This document shows, piece after piece, positions 28,617 through 44,580 of a stretch of 64,000 nt of DNA. The position numbers were made by a program, and so were the translations under genes. How positions within the stretch are numbered: position 1 is the first letter of the stretch; every line of letters starts with the position of its first letter. The notes under the pieces were generated by a model, which ran no database searches, was not told the origin of the DNA, and was given only the letters and a program-made list of their open reading frames with translations. Origin of the DNA: the human T2T-CHM13v2.0 reference genome, Homo sapiens; NCBI RefSeq assembly GCF_009914755.1, contig NC_060932.1; one strand, given 5' to 3'.

Positions 28617-28944
28617 CAGTCATGCGCTGCATAACATTTCTATCAACAATGGATCGCATATACGATGGTGGTCCCATAAGATTATCTAAACATAGAAAAG
28701 GTGCCATATTTTTACTGAACTTTTTCTATGTTTAGACATGTTTAGATACACAAATACCATTGTGTTACAATTGCCTACAGTATTCAGTCCAGTAACATGC
28801 TGTACAGGTTTGTAGCCTAGGTTTGAGGTAGGCTGTACCATCTAGGTTTGTGTAAGTACACTCTATGATGTTGGCACAAGGAAAAATAGAGCTTAACAAT
28901 GCATTTCTCAGAAAGTATCCCCATCGTTAAGTGACGCATGACCA
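28617..28944. mobile_element. Tigger3a (MER7A-type) MITE
   Basis: TIRs CAGTCATGCGCTGCATAAC / GTTAAGTGACGCATGACCA with TA on both sides. Confidence 0.9.
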
Positions 28945-29317
28945 TATTTCTAATCAGTACTCTGGATTTCTGCCCTCAGTTTTTTTTATCTCAGTAAATA
29001 GCACCACTATCCATCCAGTCTCTTAAGCCAGATGGCCAAGAGTTTCCTTGATTTCTTTCTTTTATCTAAACCTCTCCCCCTACCCCTCCCCCATTCATTC
29101 TCCAGTCATATTAACTCTACTTTCAAAACATATCCAAAATGTGTCTATTTTCTTGCTCTCATTGCTACTACCTCCCTATCCATTATCATGTTATACCTGG
29201 GCTACTGCCGTGGCCTCCTAACTGGTTTCTCCCTTCATTCTTGCTTTACCCCATATTGCCCAGCAGCCAGAGTCAGCTCCAAGATATGTTAAGTTCAATT
29301 ATGTTAGCTCTCTCTAG

Positions 29318-29626
<309 letters not shown>

Positions 29627-30049
29627 TAAAATCCTCTTATAATATCCTAACCCACTGAGAACAAAACCCAAACTCCTTACTTTCATGTACAAAACTCCAC
29701 ATGATCTGGTGTGTGCCTACCTTATTGAACTCATCTGCCACTCTTCTCCCTCCCTGCTGTACTCGGACCTCTTTTCAGTTCCTGAAACACATCAAGCTCA
29801 TTTCTGCCCAGGGACTTTGTGTGAACGACTAGCCTTCTGTTTAGAATATTCTTCCCTCTGATTCGAATGTCCAGCTTTCTTTTTAAAAATTCTAATATTG
29901 GCTGAAGTGATCTGCCCCTGCCTCAGATTGTTTTTGGCTATTTTATTAAAAACGCCACCTAGTCTCTTGTTTTTCTGTCATCCTGTATTCAATCTTTACA
30001 TAGTACTTTTCATGTTTGTTTATTTATTGGTTTTTCTGTGTATTGTCAG

Positions 30050-30713
30050 CAGTGCTGCCTTAAACCTGGCAGGAGGGGCCCTTACCCCGGGCCCTTTGTT
30101 TTGAGGATTACACTCCGACCCATTCCACACATCCAGGGATCCACCAGAGTAAAAGGACATGCCTTCCTGGAGCCTGCACTACCTTCTCCCAAGTTATAGA
30201 CCATCGTAGGGGAAACTGATACTCCAGAATTCCCTGTGCATATTATCCCAAGCTAGCTTCTAGGACCTGTATGGAGCTCATTTCTAGGTCCATCTTCCAA
30301 GGGTAGACTGTGCTGTCAGCGTGTATATTCCAAGGCCTGAGGGACAGCCAGCCAAGAGGTGTTTGCAGGAAATGTCAATAGGACTTAGACACACAATCTG
30401 GGGAATCCACACATGTGTGCTCAAGGCCGCTTGTGATGTGGCCAGAACTGGGGGGTGAAAGAAAAAGGGGGGTATCAACTAAGGGCTGGATTTCTACAAT
30501 TGAGGAATCAAAGAATTCTGAATTTGAACCAAGCCTGCTTAGTTGTTATGAAGGAGTGTCTATCAAAGTAGGAGGCTAGAAAATATTTCATCTAACAATT
30601 TGTCAATTGTTATCATTGGTTTGAATTATGACTTTTAGTCATTTAGACATAAAGAATGCTGGCTTGAATTTATATTTTTGCCCTGAGTTCTGTAAATGTA
30701 AGGGATAGAAGTG
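30050..30713. mobile_element. MER115-like hAT-Tip100 element
   Basis: GAATTCTGAATTTGAACC...GTTATGAAGG...GTAGGAGG...TTTAGACAT matches recalled MER115; interrupts L2. Confidence 0.6.
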
Positions 30714-31127
30714 AATGTCTATATCCCACTGGATTCCACGAGAGCTGGGTCTTGTCTGTCTAGCTCACTGCTACCTCCCCCAAGCCTAGAAGGGTGCCTG
30801 CACATTTCAGGTGTGCAATAGATATTTGTTGAATGAAAAATGAAACTTCCTTCCATGTTTCTTCTCTTTTGAAAAGAGTTTTATTTCTTGAACTTTCTTT
30901 TGTTGGAGATTAATATTGTTACTTTTGCTTTACTTATGTTAACATTTGCCATGTCTGTCATTTTCTATCTCTTTATTTTCAGTCCTGAGACATGTTATTT
31001 TAGGCCCCTTTATTATGAACAGCATTTGACTAGATTAAAAAAAAAGTCTCTGTCTTTTAATAGACCATTTTACCCTTTCCCATTTACTGTGATTACTTAT
31101 ACATTGGACTTATTCTGGCACTCTTAA

Positions 31128-31425
31128 TTTTTTTTTTTTTTTCAGATGGAGTCTTGCTTTGTCGCCCAGGCTGGAGTGCAGTGGCTGTGATCTCGGCTCA
31201 CTGCAAGATCCGCCCCCTGGGTTCACGCCATTCTCCTGCCTCAGCCCCCCTAGCAGCTGGGACTACAGGCGCCCGCCACCGCACCCGGCTAATTTTTTGT
31301 ATTTTTTAGTAGAGACGGGGTTTCACTGTTGTTAGCCAGGATGGTCTCGATCTCCTGACCTCGTGATCCCTCCGCCTTGGCTCCCAAAGTCCTGGGATTA
31401 CAGGCGTGAGCCACCGTGCCCGGCC
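31128..31425 (-). mobile_element. AluY, the youngest element in the window
   Basis: GGTTCACGCCATTCTCC and GTTAGCCAGGATGGTCTCGATCTCC diagnostics; CpGs largely intact. Confidence 0.96.
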
Positions 31426-31991
31426 AGTTTTTATTTCTCTTTTATTTCTCTCCTCTCCCCTGACCTCCACCCTTGAACCCCATTCCTGATTTTGGGTGAA
31501 GATTGCTTTTTCAAGGTTCTATTCTCCTACCCCCATTGGTTTAGAAGTGAACTATTTTCTGTTTTCTGTAATTTGCTTTAAATTTTTATCACTTATAGAT
31601 AAACATATTTTTGTATCAACATGTAGAATTAATGTTTTCATTCTTCCTCTAGCCCATACTGGGGGAAGAACTAGAACTAGAGCCCATTTTTACTTCTTCC
31701 TACTGTTTTAAGCCTTCCTGCCACAACCCCACCCTCCTGTGTGTTCCCTGCCACCATCTTCCACGTCAAGATCATTTGGAATTGTCACTACTTTTGTTTG
31801 TTTATAATCAGCACTTATTTAGACTTAGTAATAATTTTTAGCTCCTTACCACCATTTTGAATATGTTACTCTTTTCCCTTGTACTAGGTTTTCAAATCTA
31901 TTTGTTTTAGGTCAGAGCTGATTTTATTATGTTTTTTCCAGAGAGTAAAGCATGGGTGGAAACTTCCTAAATTTTTGCGTGTCTGAATGTC

Positions 31992-32200
<209 letters not shown>

Positions 32201-32922
32201 AAAAAAAAAAAATCAAAATCCTCAGTTTGTTCCATGAACTTTGGTTCTGTGGATGTGAGTTTATCTATATAATGAGCATAGTGCTTTCTTCCAGAGGATT
32301 ACTTTTCCTTAAATATTTGCTGGGTTTGGTTGCATGCCCCTCTGGAATCTGAGCTCCTAAGTTATCCGGCCTCTGCTCTATCTGATTACCTGGCCTCGCT
32401 CCAGGATTCCACACAGGGGTGTGCCTGTGGCTTCCTGGGCAATGGAGGCTTCTGCTTCCTTCCGGATGGCAGTGAGCCCCGTCCTGATGACCAGGACTGA
32501 CATGTTCGTGGATATGCACTACTCCTGTCTCGGAGCAGAAGCCTCTGCTGAATGTACGTGGCACCAGAAGGAGAGGAACAAAGGGTTCAAAGTTCCTGGA
32601 TTCCTCTACTTCCACCAACCACCCTTCTGATTGACCCTGGATCCTCTTTTGCTCCTTTCATTTATTGCCTCTCAGCTTGGAGCCTAAAGACACTTTTATC
32701 CTCTTTATCAGTTCTCTTTTATGTCTGTTTTGGCTATTATTTCTTCCTTCACTATAAATTCATCTACCTTTATTTTTTTTAATACTTAAAAATAATCTTG
32801 TTTTTAAAATTGACACAAAATAATTGTATATATTCATGGGGTACATAGTGTCTTTAATTTTTTTAGGAATTTCTATAATTTCTGATCCACTGAGAGCATC
32901 AAGTCTTTTTTAAGTGCTGTTT

Positions 32923-33387
32923 CATTTCCTTCCTTCCTTCCTCTCTTTCTTTCTTTCATCTCTCTCTCATTCTTTCTCTCTCTCCTCTCCCCTCCCCTCC
33001 CCTCCCCCTCCCTCCCTCCCTTCCATCCTTCCTTCCTTCCTTCCTTCCTTCCTTCCTTCCTTCCTTCCTTCCTTCCTTCCTTCCTTCTTTGCTTCCTCCC
33101 TTGTTTTGATGGAGTCTCACTCTGTCGGCCAGGCTGGAGTGCCGTAGCACGATCTCGGCTCACTGCAACCTCTGCCTCCTAGGTTCAAGCGATTCTCCTG
33201 CCTCAGCCTCCTGAATAGCTGGGGTTGTAGGCACCTGCCACCACACCCCACTAATTTTTGTGTTTTTAGTAGAGACAGGGTTTTGCCATGTTGGCTAGGC
33301 TGGTCTTGAACTCCTGACCTCAAGTGATCTGCCCACCTTGGCCTCCCAAAGTGCTGAGATTACAGGCATGAGCCACCACGCCCAGCC
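32923..33387 (-). mobile_element. AluSx/Sz-like with ~180-nt pyrimidine microsatellite tail
   Basis: TSD AAGTGCTGTTT at 32912 and 33388; 14 perfect TTCC units at 33029-33084. Confidence 0.95.
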
Positions 33388-33649
33388 AAGTGCTGTTTTC
33401 AATTACATTTCTTTTCTTGTTATTTATGGGAATTTGAGATGGCGGAGAGGTTTTAGCATGTTCTTAGTTTACAATCTTCATCCAATCTCCTTGTGATCTG
33501 TTATAAAACATGTTAGCCCAAATTAAAGGAAGCATATCAGTTTATCTGTCAAGTAATATTTATTCCTATCATAGAATTCTAGTAGAAATGTATACTGTGA
33601 ATATGTTAATATATATTAATATTCATTAAATTCTTGCTTATTAACACCT

Positions 33650-33800
33650 TTAGTTTGGCCCTCTCAAAATCCTGAGATATACCAGTTCTAAGATGGGAAA
33701 ACAGAGGCTTAGAGAGGTAAAATAATTTACCCAAAGTCCAACAGATAACACGAAACAGAGCCAGGATTCGTACCTATGTCTTGCCATGACAACAGCTACC
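33650..33800 (-). mobile_element. MIR
   Basis: AGATGGGAAAACAGAGGCTTAGAGAGGTAAAATAATTTACCCAAAGTC. Confidence 0.75.
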
Positions 33801-35285
33801 TTCCATTAAAAGACATAAGGTAACAATAATGAACAATGTCTTCACTGTAAGAAATCAACAAAATACACTTAGCACTCACTAAAGTGGATGCTGTTAGAAG
33901 TCATGAAATCAGTAATTACTGATTATCATGAATAATTTGTCAACAAATCACTGAGCTGACTGTATTTTTCAATTCCATTTTGTTGCCTTGTCAATAAGAT
34001 TTATTCTTGGAGCAATTTGTGAACTGTTGGTGCTTTTTCAGTGGGCAGCACACATAAATGGCATGTACATATTGGTAAACATCTCCGCAGTGTTGGCAAG
34101 TTGGAGGTTCTATTTTGAATTGATTTTTCTCATAGCTTTCAGCTGAGGTTTATTTTCATATAAGCGGTAATTACAGAAAACGAGAGCCTCTAAGGGTAAA
34201 TGTTGCTATGCTAGTTAAAGAGCATTTACATGTATTATATGGCATGCTATAATTATTTGTTTGAGTTATTTCACAGAAATTTTTCCCAGCAATTGTGATA
34301 TATGGGACTCAAGGTCAATAAAGGCAGAGAGTGTAGATGATTTCAGCTTGTGTAAAATCTATGTTGTTTTGATCAAGAAGCATTTTTGGAAAATCTAATA
34401 TAAACACTTGGAAAATTGAAAGACGGATACAGAAATAAAAATCCTTTGTATTTAAATTGAGAAGTTTTAAATACATCAGTGCCAGAGGACTTGAAAATAA
34501 AAATGCCAGAGTGCAATGGGGTTGGTCAGAGAAGGCAGGCAGCATGGGTTTTCTGCAGTTGTGGTGTCGAATACTAGTACTGTGCTTTACAGGTTGAAAA
34601 ACCTTCTCTACTCTTCAGTTTCTTTGATGTAGAGTGAAGTAATACACTACCTTCCTCACAAGGTTGTGACATAATAGATGCAAATTGCTTAGGATTCATT
34701 TTTACTGATCACTACTTGAGGCAAGTTCTTTACACCAAATCTAGACACTTTATCACATTTTCTTCTAGTTTCTGCTCCACCCCACCAGGGTTCAGCGTAG
34801 GTGTCCAATGCCAGACAGCAGATTAGAGAAGATCCTGCAGAGCCAGCTGAGGGACCTGGAGTCAGTAGTTGCCTCCTTTGGGGGCCTTGGTCCAGACGAT
34901 AGGAGAATCATTCATGCAGATGATTTTGTCTCTAACATTCTAAGTTCCAAAGTTGTGAACATGTGTCATATTCATGACTGTTCATCATCTTTTGGATTAC
35001 CTTTATGTATTTAGGAAAAGTCTTCATATGATGAATTTTTCCTCCCCAGTATAGATGTAGACTCAAATTCCAGGATCTTATGCAGCTAGGATGCAAGTAT
35101 GGGACCCAGACTCTGCCAATCATATGCATGTTTGTAGGGCTGCAATTCAGATGTCAAGAACATGAGAAAGCATGCTGGGAAGTGAGCTTCCGTTTTTGGC
35201 CATGCCTCCACTGCTCAGTGGGGTGGGGATTTCCTCATTTGGCCAGTTCTGTGGTTTGAAATTTAGTTTTATATTTAGAAGGTAA

Positions 35286-35649
<364 letters not shown>

Positions 35650-35817
35650 TAAATCAACTAATTTTCCAGTTCATCAGTCAGAGTTAGCTTCTGCTGCTTA
35701 CAACTGAGATCTACTCTTGATAGATAAATAATCTAGTGTGTTGGGCTCTCTGGTATGGCTCATCTTTAAATAACATCCTATTTCTTCAAATAAATTAAGG
35801 GAGACTTTAAGGTTGAA

Positions 35818-35960
35818 TTCATTCACCTGTTCAATCAGCAAACATTATTGGGTGTCTTCAGTGTGTAAAATACTGCGTTAGGTACTGAGCGTTCAATGAA
35901 AACTATTCTTAGTCTCCAGGGACTCCAAATCTTGTAGGTTAGATAAATATTAGCATATAA
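35818..35960 (-). mobile_element. L2 3' end
   Basis: TTCATTCA...CAGCAAACATTATTGGGTG...TAGGTACTGAG. Confidence 0.65.
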
Positions 35961-37201
35961 ACCAAATGTGCTATGTCTGAGGACTCAATCAGATGTGACC
36001 TCTGAATGTGATTATAATTGACAAAATGCTGGGAGTCACTCCCAGGAGATAAGTTATATTATAATAACCTAATATGTTAAAAGAACTTTCTTTAAAGTAG
36101 GAAGGGAAGTAAGAAAAGCTCATATTCATTGACTGCCTTACTTACATTTTTTGTTCTAACTTGCTTTGGAGACTAATATGGATGCTTGGATAAGTTCCAT
36201 TTCAAGCTTGTGGACCATTTCAGACTGGGGAGATGGAGAGAGTTGGGAGAATATTGACACTCATTTAGTATTACTCTTGATGATGACTTTACTGAAGGAT
36301 AAAAGAGGTACAGAAAACTTAAATGTAGGTTTCACCATCATACTGAGTGTCAGGCCTGTGTGCTAGGAGTTTTCCAAATGCTATCTCAATCAGTTTTTCT
36401 TTTTCCTTTCCTCCCTCCCAGTGCACGTGTAGTTCTCTTTAAATCACAAATGGAAGAGATGCAGCTCAAACTAGCAAGAGCAAAACAGGGAATGTTTTGG
36501 TTTATGTAACTAAAGGAGTTGGGAGTAGCTTCTTGCACAACCAGATCTAGGTTCTCAAATGATGTCATTGGCAATTTGTATTTTTCCATCTCTTGGCACT
36601 GTTTTCCTCTCTGTTGGTTTTATTTTCTCATTGCTGCCTCCTTATGGAGGCTGGTGAGATCTCTGGGGTCATGTTCTACCAGAGTAGTCACGCTAATAGC
36701 AGAGGAAGTTCTTTCCAAGAGCGGCAACAAAAGCCTCAGGTTTGGGCCTGAATCTGTTAGGATGGTTTTGGCCACAAGTAATTCAGATGTTGGATTAAAG
36801 GGCCTTACTTTTCTTATATAGCAAGAAACTCAGAGGTAGGGGCAGTTCCAGAGTTAGTTAACTCAGGAGACCAAGGATGTTAGAGCATTTGGTTAGGTTC
36901 TCTATGAATTTCTTGATCTTCCCCTTATAGTTTCATACTATCAGACTATAGCACCCAGCATAACATCTTCACATGACAATGCCCAAAGGCAGGAAGGAAT
37001 AAGTCCCTGCTTTGTGTTTTCTCTTGAGAGTGTGGAAAAACTCTCCGGAAGTCACTGAACAGACCTCTCCTATGTCTCCTGGGTCAGAGTTACATCACAT
37101 GCTCACTCTTTGCCAATCCTTTCCAAGGGGAATACAATTACAAGTATATTTCATTTTACTGCACTTTGCATATGGTGAACTTTTTAAAATTTTTTTATTT
37201 T

Positions 37202-37692
37202 AAGGAGGAGAGAGTTTAATAGGCAAGATAGAAAGGGGAAGAAAGAAGGAAGAAGCTGTCCTGTACAGCGACAGAGGGAGAGGGGCTCCAAAGCCGAGAG
37301 AGGTAACCAACTCCACCTGCCATGGATACCAGCCAGGTATATGAAGAGGCTGGAGGAGGCAGTGTTTGATTTGCATAGAGCTCAGGGAATTGGTTTGACC
37401 AGGCATGTCATTTATGTAACCTTTGAAAAAAATGGCCCTCCCACCCTAGCGTTTTAAAGATATGCAAATTCAGGGTACCATGATGTTCTACACACATGGG
37501 GATATGTGGGGGCCGCCATGTCAGCAGAAACGTGGGGCAAGGGCAAGAAGGCCGCAGGAATTGCCATGTTGGGTGGACCCAGTTTCTAATGGCCTGGCTC
37601 TAAGTGGAGCTTTACAAGAAACTTTACTGGAGATGCTTTAAAAAATGAAAACTTCCCAAGGACCCCTTTTCCTCTCTATCTGCCTAAAATAA
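37202..37692 (-). mobile_element. ERV1 LTR fragment (MER61/LTR9 group), U3-R only
   Basis: Minus strand ATTATTTTAGGCAGATAGAGAGGAAAAGGGGTCCTTGG...ATGCAAAT...CCTATTAAACTCTC; stops 13 nt after ATTAAA. Confidence 0.75.
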
Positions 37693-37980
37693 TTTTTTTT
37701 TTTGAGATGGAGTTTCATTCTTCTTTTTTTTTTTTTTTGCCCAGGCTGGAGTGCAATGGCACGATCTTGGCTCACTGCAACCTCTGCCTGTTCAAGTGAT
37801 TCTCCTGCCTCAGCCTTCCAAGTAGCTGGAATCACAGGCGCCCACCATCATGCCCAGCTAATTTTGTGTTTTTAGTAGAGATGGGGTTTCACCATGTTGG
37901 CCAGACTGGTCTTGAACTCCTGACCTTAGGTGATCCACCTGCCTCGACCTTCCAAAGTGCTGGGAATACTGCGCCCAGCC
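37693..37980 (-). mobile_element. AluSq/Sp-like with small deletions and an internal T-run
   Basis: GAGTTTCA.TCTT and GTGCAATGGC diagnostics; ~13-nt deletion near the 5' end. Confidence 0.93.
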
Positions 37981-38009
37981 AAAAGATGGTGAACTTTTTA
38001 CAAATTGTG

Positions 38010-38993
38010 TCTTCAATTCTGTGAAGGCTGAGAGAGATGAGGAAAATGCAGAAGAAAACTTGGAAGCTAGAAGAGGTTGGTTCATGAGGTTTGAGAAAAG
38101 AAGCCATGTCTATAACATAAAAGTGCAAGATGAAGCAGCAAGTGCTGATGTAGAAGCTGCAGCAAGTTAGCAAGTTAGCTAGAACATCTGGCAAAGATCA
38201 TTGATGGAGGTGGCTACACTAAATAAATTTCTAATGTAGACAAAACACCCTTATATTGGAAGAAGGTGCCATATAGGACTTCATAGCTAGAGAAGAAAAG
38301 TCAATGCCTGGCTTCAAAGCTTCAAAGGACAGGCTGACTCTCTTGTTAGGGGCAAATGCAGCGTTTACTTTAAGTTGAAGCCAGTGCTCATTTCCCATTC
38401 AGAAAATCATATTGCACTTAAGAATTATGCTAAATCTACTCTGCCTGTGCCCTAGAAATGGAAGAGCAAAGCCTGGATGACAGCTCATCTGTTTACAGCA
38501 TGGTTTACTGAATATTTTAAGCCCACTGTTAAGACCTAAAGAAAAGATTTCTTTGAAAATAGTACTGCTCATTGACAATGCACCTGGTCACCCAAAATCT
38601 TATGGAGATGTAGAAGGAGATTAATGCTATTTTCATGCTTGTTAACACAACATCCATTCTACAGCCCATGGATCAAGGAGTAATTTTCTCTTTGAAGTCT
38701 TATTATTTAAGAACTACATTTCATAAAGCTACAGCTGCCATAAATAGTGATTCCTTGGATGGATCTGGGCAAAGTAAATTGAAAAACTTCTGGAAAGGAT
38801 TCACCATTCTAGGCACTATTAAGAAGATTTGTGATTCATGAGAGGAGGTCAAAATATCAACATTAACAGGAGTTTGAAAGAAGTTGATGCCAACCCTCAT
38901 GGATGACTTTGAGGGGTTCAAGACTTCATTGGAGAAAGTAACTGCAGATGTGCTGAAAATAGCAAGAGAACTAGAATTAGAAGTGAAGGCTGA
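38010..38993 (+). pseudogene. Tigger1 pogo-type DDE transposase remnant
   Basis: ORF 38635-38841 [14 protein letters not shown]...[15 protein letters not shown]; multiple stops and frameshifts. Confidence 0.9.
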
Positions 38994-39168
38994 CAGATTT
39001 TATGACTAAGGCTTCAAAGGCAAATGCAACAAAAAACAAAAATAGACAAATGGGACTTAATTAAACTAAAAAGCTTTTGCATAGCAAAAGAAATAATCAA
39101 CAGAGTGAACAGACAACCAACAGAATGGGAGAAAATATTTGCAAACTAAGCATCTGACAAAGGACTGA

Positions 39169-39553
<385 letters not shown>

Positions 39554-40021
39554 TCAAAGGAGATGAACAGACATTTTTCAAAAGAAGACATACAAATGGC
39601 CAAAAAACATGAAAAATGCTCAATATCACTAATCACCGGAGAATGCAAATTATAACTGCAATGAATAGCATCTTACAACAGTTAGGATAGCAATTATTAA
39701 AAAGTAAAAAACAAAACAAAACAAAAAAGCCAAAACAACAACAACAAACAACAGATGTCGGCTAGGAAGCAGAGAAAAGGGAACACTTATACACTGTTGA
39801 TGGGAATGTTAAATTGGTACAACCTTTATGGGTAACAGTATGGAGATTTATCAAAGAACTAAAAATAGAACTACTACATTCTATCCAGCAATCCCACTAC
39901 TGCAAAAAGAAATAATTATATCAAAAAGATACCTGCACTCATATGTTTATCATAGCATTATTCACAATAGCAGAGATATGGAATTGACCTAAGTATCCAT
40001 TAATGGATGATTATATATGGC

Positions 40022-40040
40022 ATCTATCTATCTATCTATC

Positions 40041-40078
<38 letters not shown>

Positions 40079-40092
40079 ATCATATATCTATC
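40022..40092. repeat. (ATCT)n tetranucleotide STR
   Basis: (ATCT)4 ATC (ATCT)9 followed by degenerate units. Confidence 0.97.
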
Positions 40093-41883
40093 ATGGAATA
40101 ATACTTAGCCATAAAAAAGAGTGAAATCATGTCTTTTGCAGCAACATGGATGGAACTGGAGGCCATTATCTTAAGTGAAAGAACTCAAGAGAAGAAAGTC
40201 ATATACTGTATAATCTCACATAAGTGGGTGCTAAATCATGGGTACACATGAACAGAGTGTGGAATAATAGACCCTAGAGAAGTGGAAGGGTGGGAGTGAG
40301 GAAGGGAGTGAGGGATGAGAAATTACTTAATGGGTACAGTGTACACTATTCAGGTGATGGATACACTGAAAGCCCAGACTTCAGCACTATGCAATGTATC
40401 CATGTAACAAAACTGCCTTTCTACCCACTAAGTTAATTTTTTTAAAAAAGAAGTAGAGCCTGAAGATGTGACTTAATTGCTGCAATTTCTTGATAAAATT
40501 TTAATGCATGAAGAGTTACTTCTTAAGAATGAACAAAGAAAGTGGTTTCTTGAGATGAAATTTATTCCTGGTGAAGAGGGTGTGAACACTGTTGAAATGA
40601 CAACAAAGTGTTTGGAATATTCCGTAAGCTTAATTGGTAAAGTAGCAGTAGAACTTGGGGGAAGACTGACTACAATTTTTAAAGAGATTCTAAGGTGGGT
40701 AAAATACTATCAAGCAGAAACACATGCTACAGAGAAATCTTTTATGAAAGAAAGAATCAATTGTGCAGTAATCTTCAATGTTGTCTTATTTTACAAAATT
40801 GCTACAGCCACCCCAACCTTGATCAACCACCACCTTGATTACTTAGCAGCCATCAACACTGAGGCAAGACCTTTCACCAGTAAAAAAAGATTACCACTCA
40901 CTGATAGCTCAAATAATCATTACGATTTTTTAGCAATAAAGTAATTTTAAATCAAGGTTTGTACGTTTTTTAGACATAATGCTATTGTACACAGTATACT
41001 ACAGTTTAGTGTAAATATAACTGTTATATGCACTGGAAACATTTAAAAATTGTGTGACTTGCTTAATTGTGGCATTAGCTTTATTGTAGTGGTCTGAAAT
41101 TGAACTTATGATATCTCTGCGGTATTCCCATACCTCGATAATTTTAAGCTTATTAACATTTATCTCTTGTGTCCATGGATGTTGCTTAAGAACTAAAGAA
41201 AATCAGAGTTCAGTTAGCAAAGAAGAAGGGGTGAACTGGAACGTGGTTTGTAGGTAAGTACCCAGCCATATCCCAGTGTCTCACTGGATTAACTCGGTTA
41301 TGTATTCATTCCTGAACCTATCACGATGACCACTCGTACTCACATGCCTCCCTGTGGAGCTGTGGAAATGGTGGTCATTGTGTTAGGTAGAGGTATTATG
41401 TCAGTTCTGCCCAAGTCACATAAACTGAGAGCAGAAGAGATTGGATCTCTTGTTATTCTATGTCTCCTAGGCTAACTGTCATACCCAGAAGAAGCATAGT
41501 TTTGTTTTGTTAGATCCTTGACCCAATTTTTAGTTTTAAAAAAGGGGGATCCTGTTTCTGTCATTTAATCTTACTCCAAGATTTTGGGTAGCTCATAAAC
41601 ATTTTAGCGTCCCCATAGAAAGTGCGTTAGGTGGTCAAGAATAAAGGAAAGCGTATGTTAAATAGGATCCCTCATTACAGAAGACATGTTATAAGCTGCT
41701 CAACAAAACGCTGTTATTATGGACCATCTGCATGAAAATGGAAATATCTGTTAGAGTCACTTATTTTAATGATACTTGGTGTTGTGAAATTTCACTGTTA
41801 TTCTGCTTCTTTGCTTTGATATATCTTTCGCGAAGTTTCCTTTTAATAATCCTCTATAGGCTGGGTGCGTTGGCTCATACCTG

Positions 41884-42320
41884 TGTATTAGTCCGTTCTC
41901 AAATAGCTATAAAGAAATACCTGAGGCTGGGTAATTTATAAAGAAAAGAGGTTTAATTGGCTCATGGTTCCGCAGGCTGTACAGGAAGCAAAGAGTCTTC
42001 TGTTCACCTTCTGGGGAGGCTTCAAGAAACTGTGAATCACGGCAGAAGGTGAAGGGGAAGCAGGAACATCTTGACTGTCATAAATGGCTGGAGCAGGAGC
42101 AAGTGGGGTGCGGCAGGGTTGTGGGGAGGTGCTACACACTTTTATACAACCAGATCGTATAAGAACTCTAACAGGAGAACAGCACCAAAAGGGTGGTATT
42201 AAACCATCCACGAAGTATCCACCCCCTGTTCAAATCACCTCCCACCACACCCCACCTCCAATATTGGGGATTACAGTTGAACATGACATTCGAGTGGGGA
42301 CACAGATCCAAACCATATCA
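41884..42320 (-). mobile_element. MSTA-like MaLR solo LTR inside the AluJ
   Basis: TGTATTAGTCCGTTCTC...AAACCATATCA; TSD ACCTG/ACCTA. Confidence 0.9.
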
Positions 42321-42430
42321 ACCTACAATCCCAGCAGTTTGGGAGGCTGAGGTGGTAGGATCGCTTGAGGCCAGGAGTTCGAGACCAGCCTGGGCAATAT
42401 AGTGACACTTCATCTTTACAAAAATAAAGA

Positions 42431-43089
<659 letters not shown>

Positions 43090-43679
43090 TTAGTGAAGAG
43101 ATGATACCTTGGAATTGGGCACAGACATAAATACCTGTGGGATGAGTTTTATAAACTCCATTTTGATTGAGTGGTTAAACAACATTTCCATCATGACATT
43201 CTCTTCAAAATGCATAAGAGCTCTTGTTCTCTACTGATTTAAGACCTTATATTCAGGACTGTTAATAATTGGCTTCCCCTTTGCTTTCAGTCATAATGCT
43301 GCACTCTCCCACCTAAGCTTCCCACTCCATCAGGCAGGTCCCTTCTCTGGCCTGGGCACCTCCTAACCTCCTGACTTGGGTTGTGTGTGCTCTGACCCCC
43401 GAAATGTCCTTCATCTGATTGTCCGAATTCTTTGCATCCCTAAAGGCCAGGCTCTTTTTCCTGTATTCTGCCAGCTGATGTAGTTTGCCCTGCTGTCTGA
43501 ACTCTTAATTCATGATTTCTCCATTTAAAGCAATTTAGCATATAAAAACAGTCCATGGTGCTTTGTTCATTAGTTGTTTCCATGTGCACATCCTGTCTTG
43601 TCTCCTTAGTAACATCTCTTGGAGATATAACAGGTATCTCCTGCTCAGATATTTCTCTTTGCACCAAATGGCCACTGGA

Positions 43680-44580
<901 letters not shown>

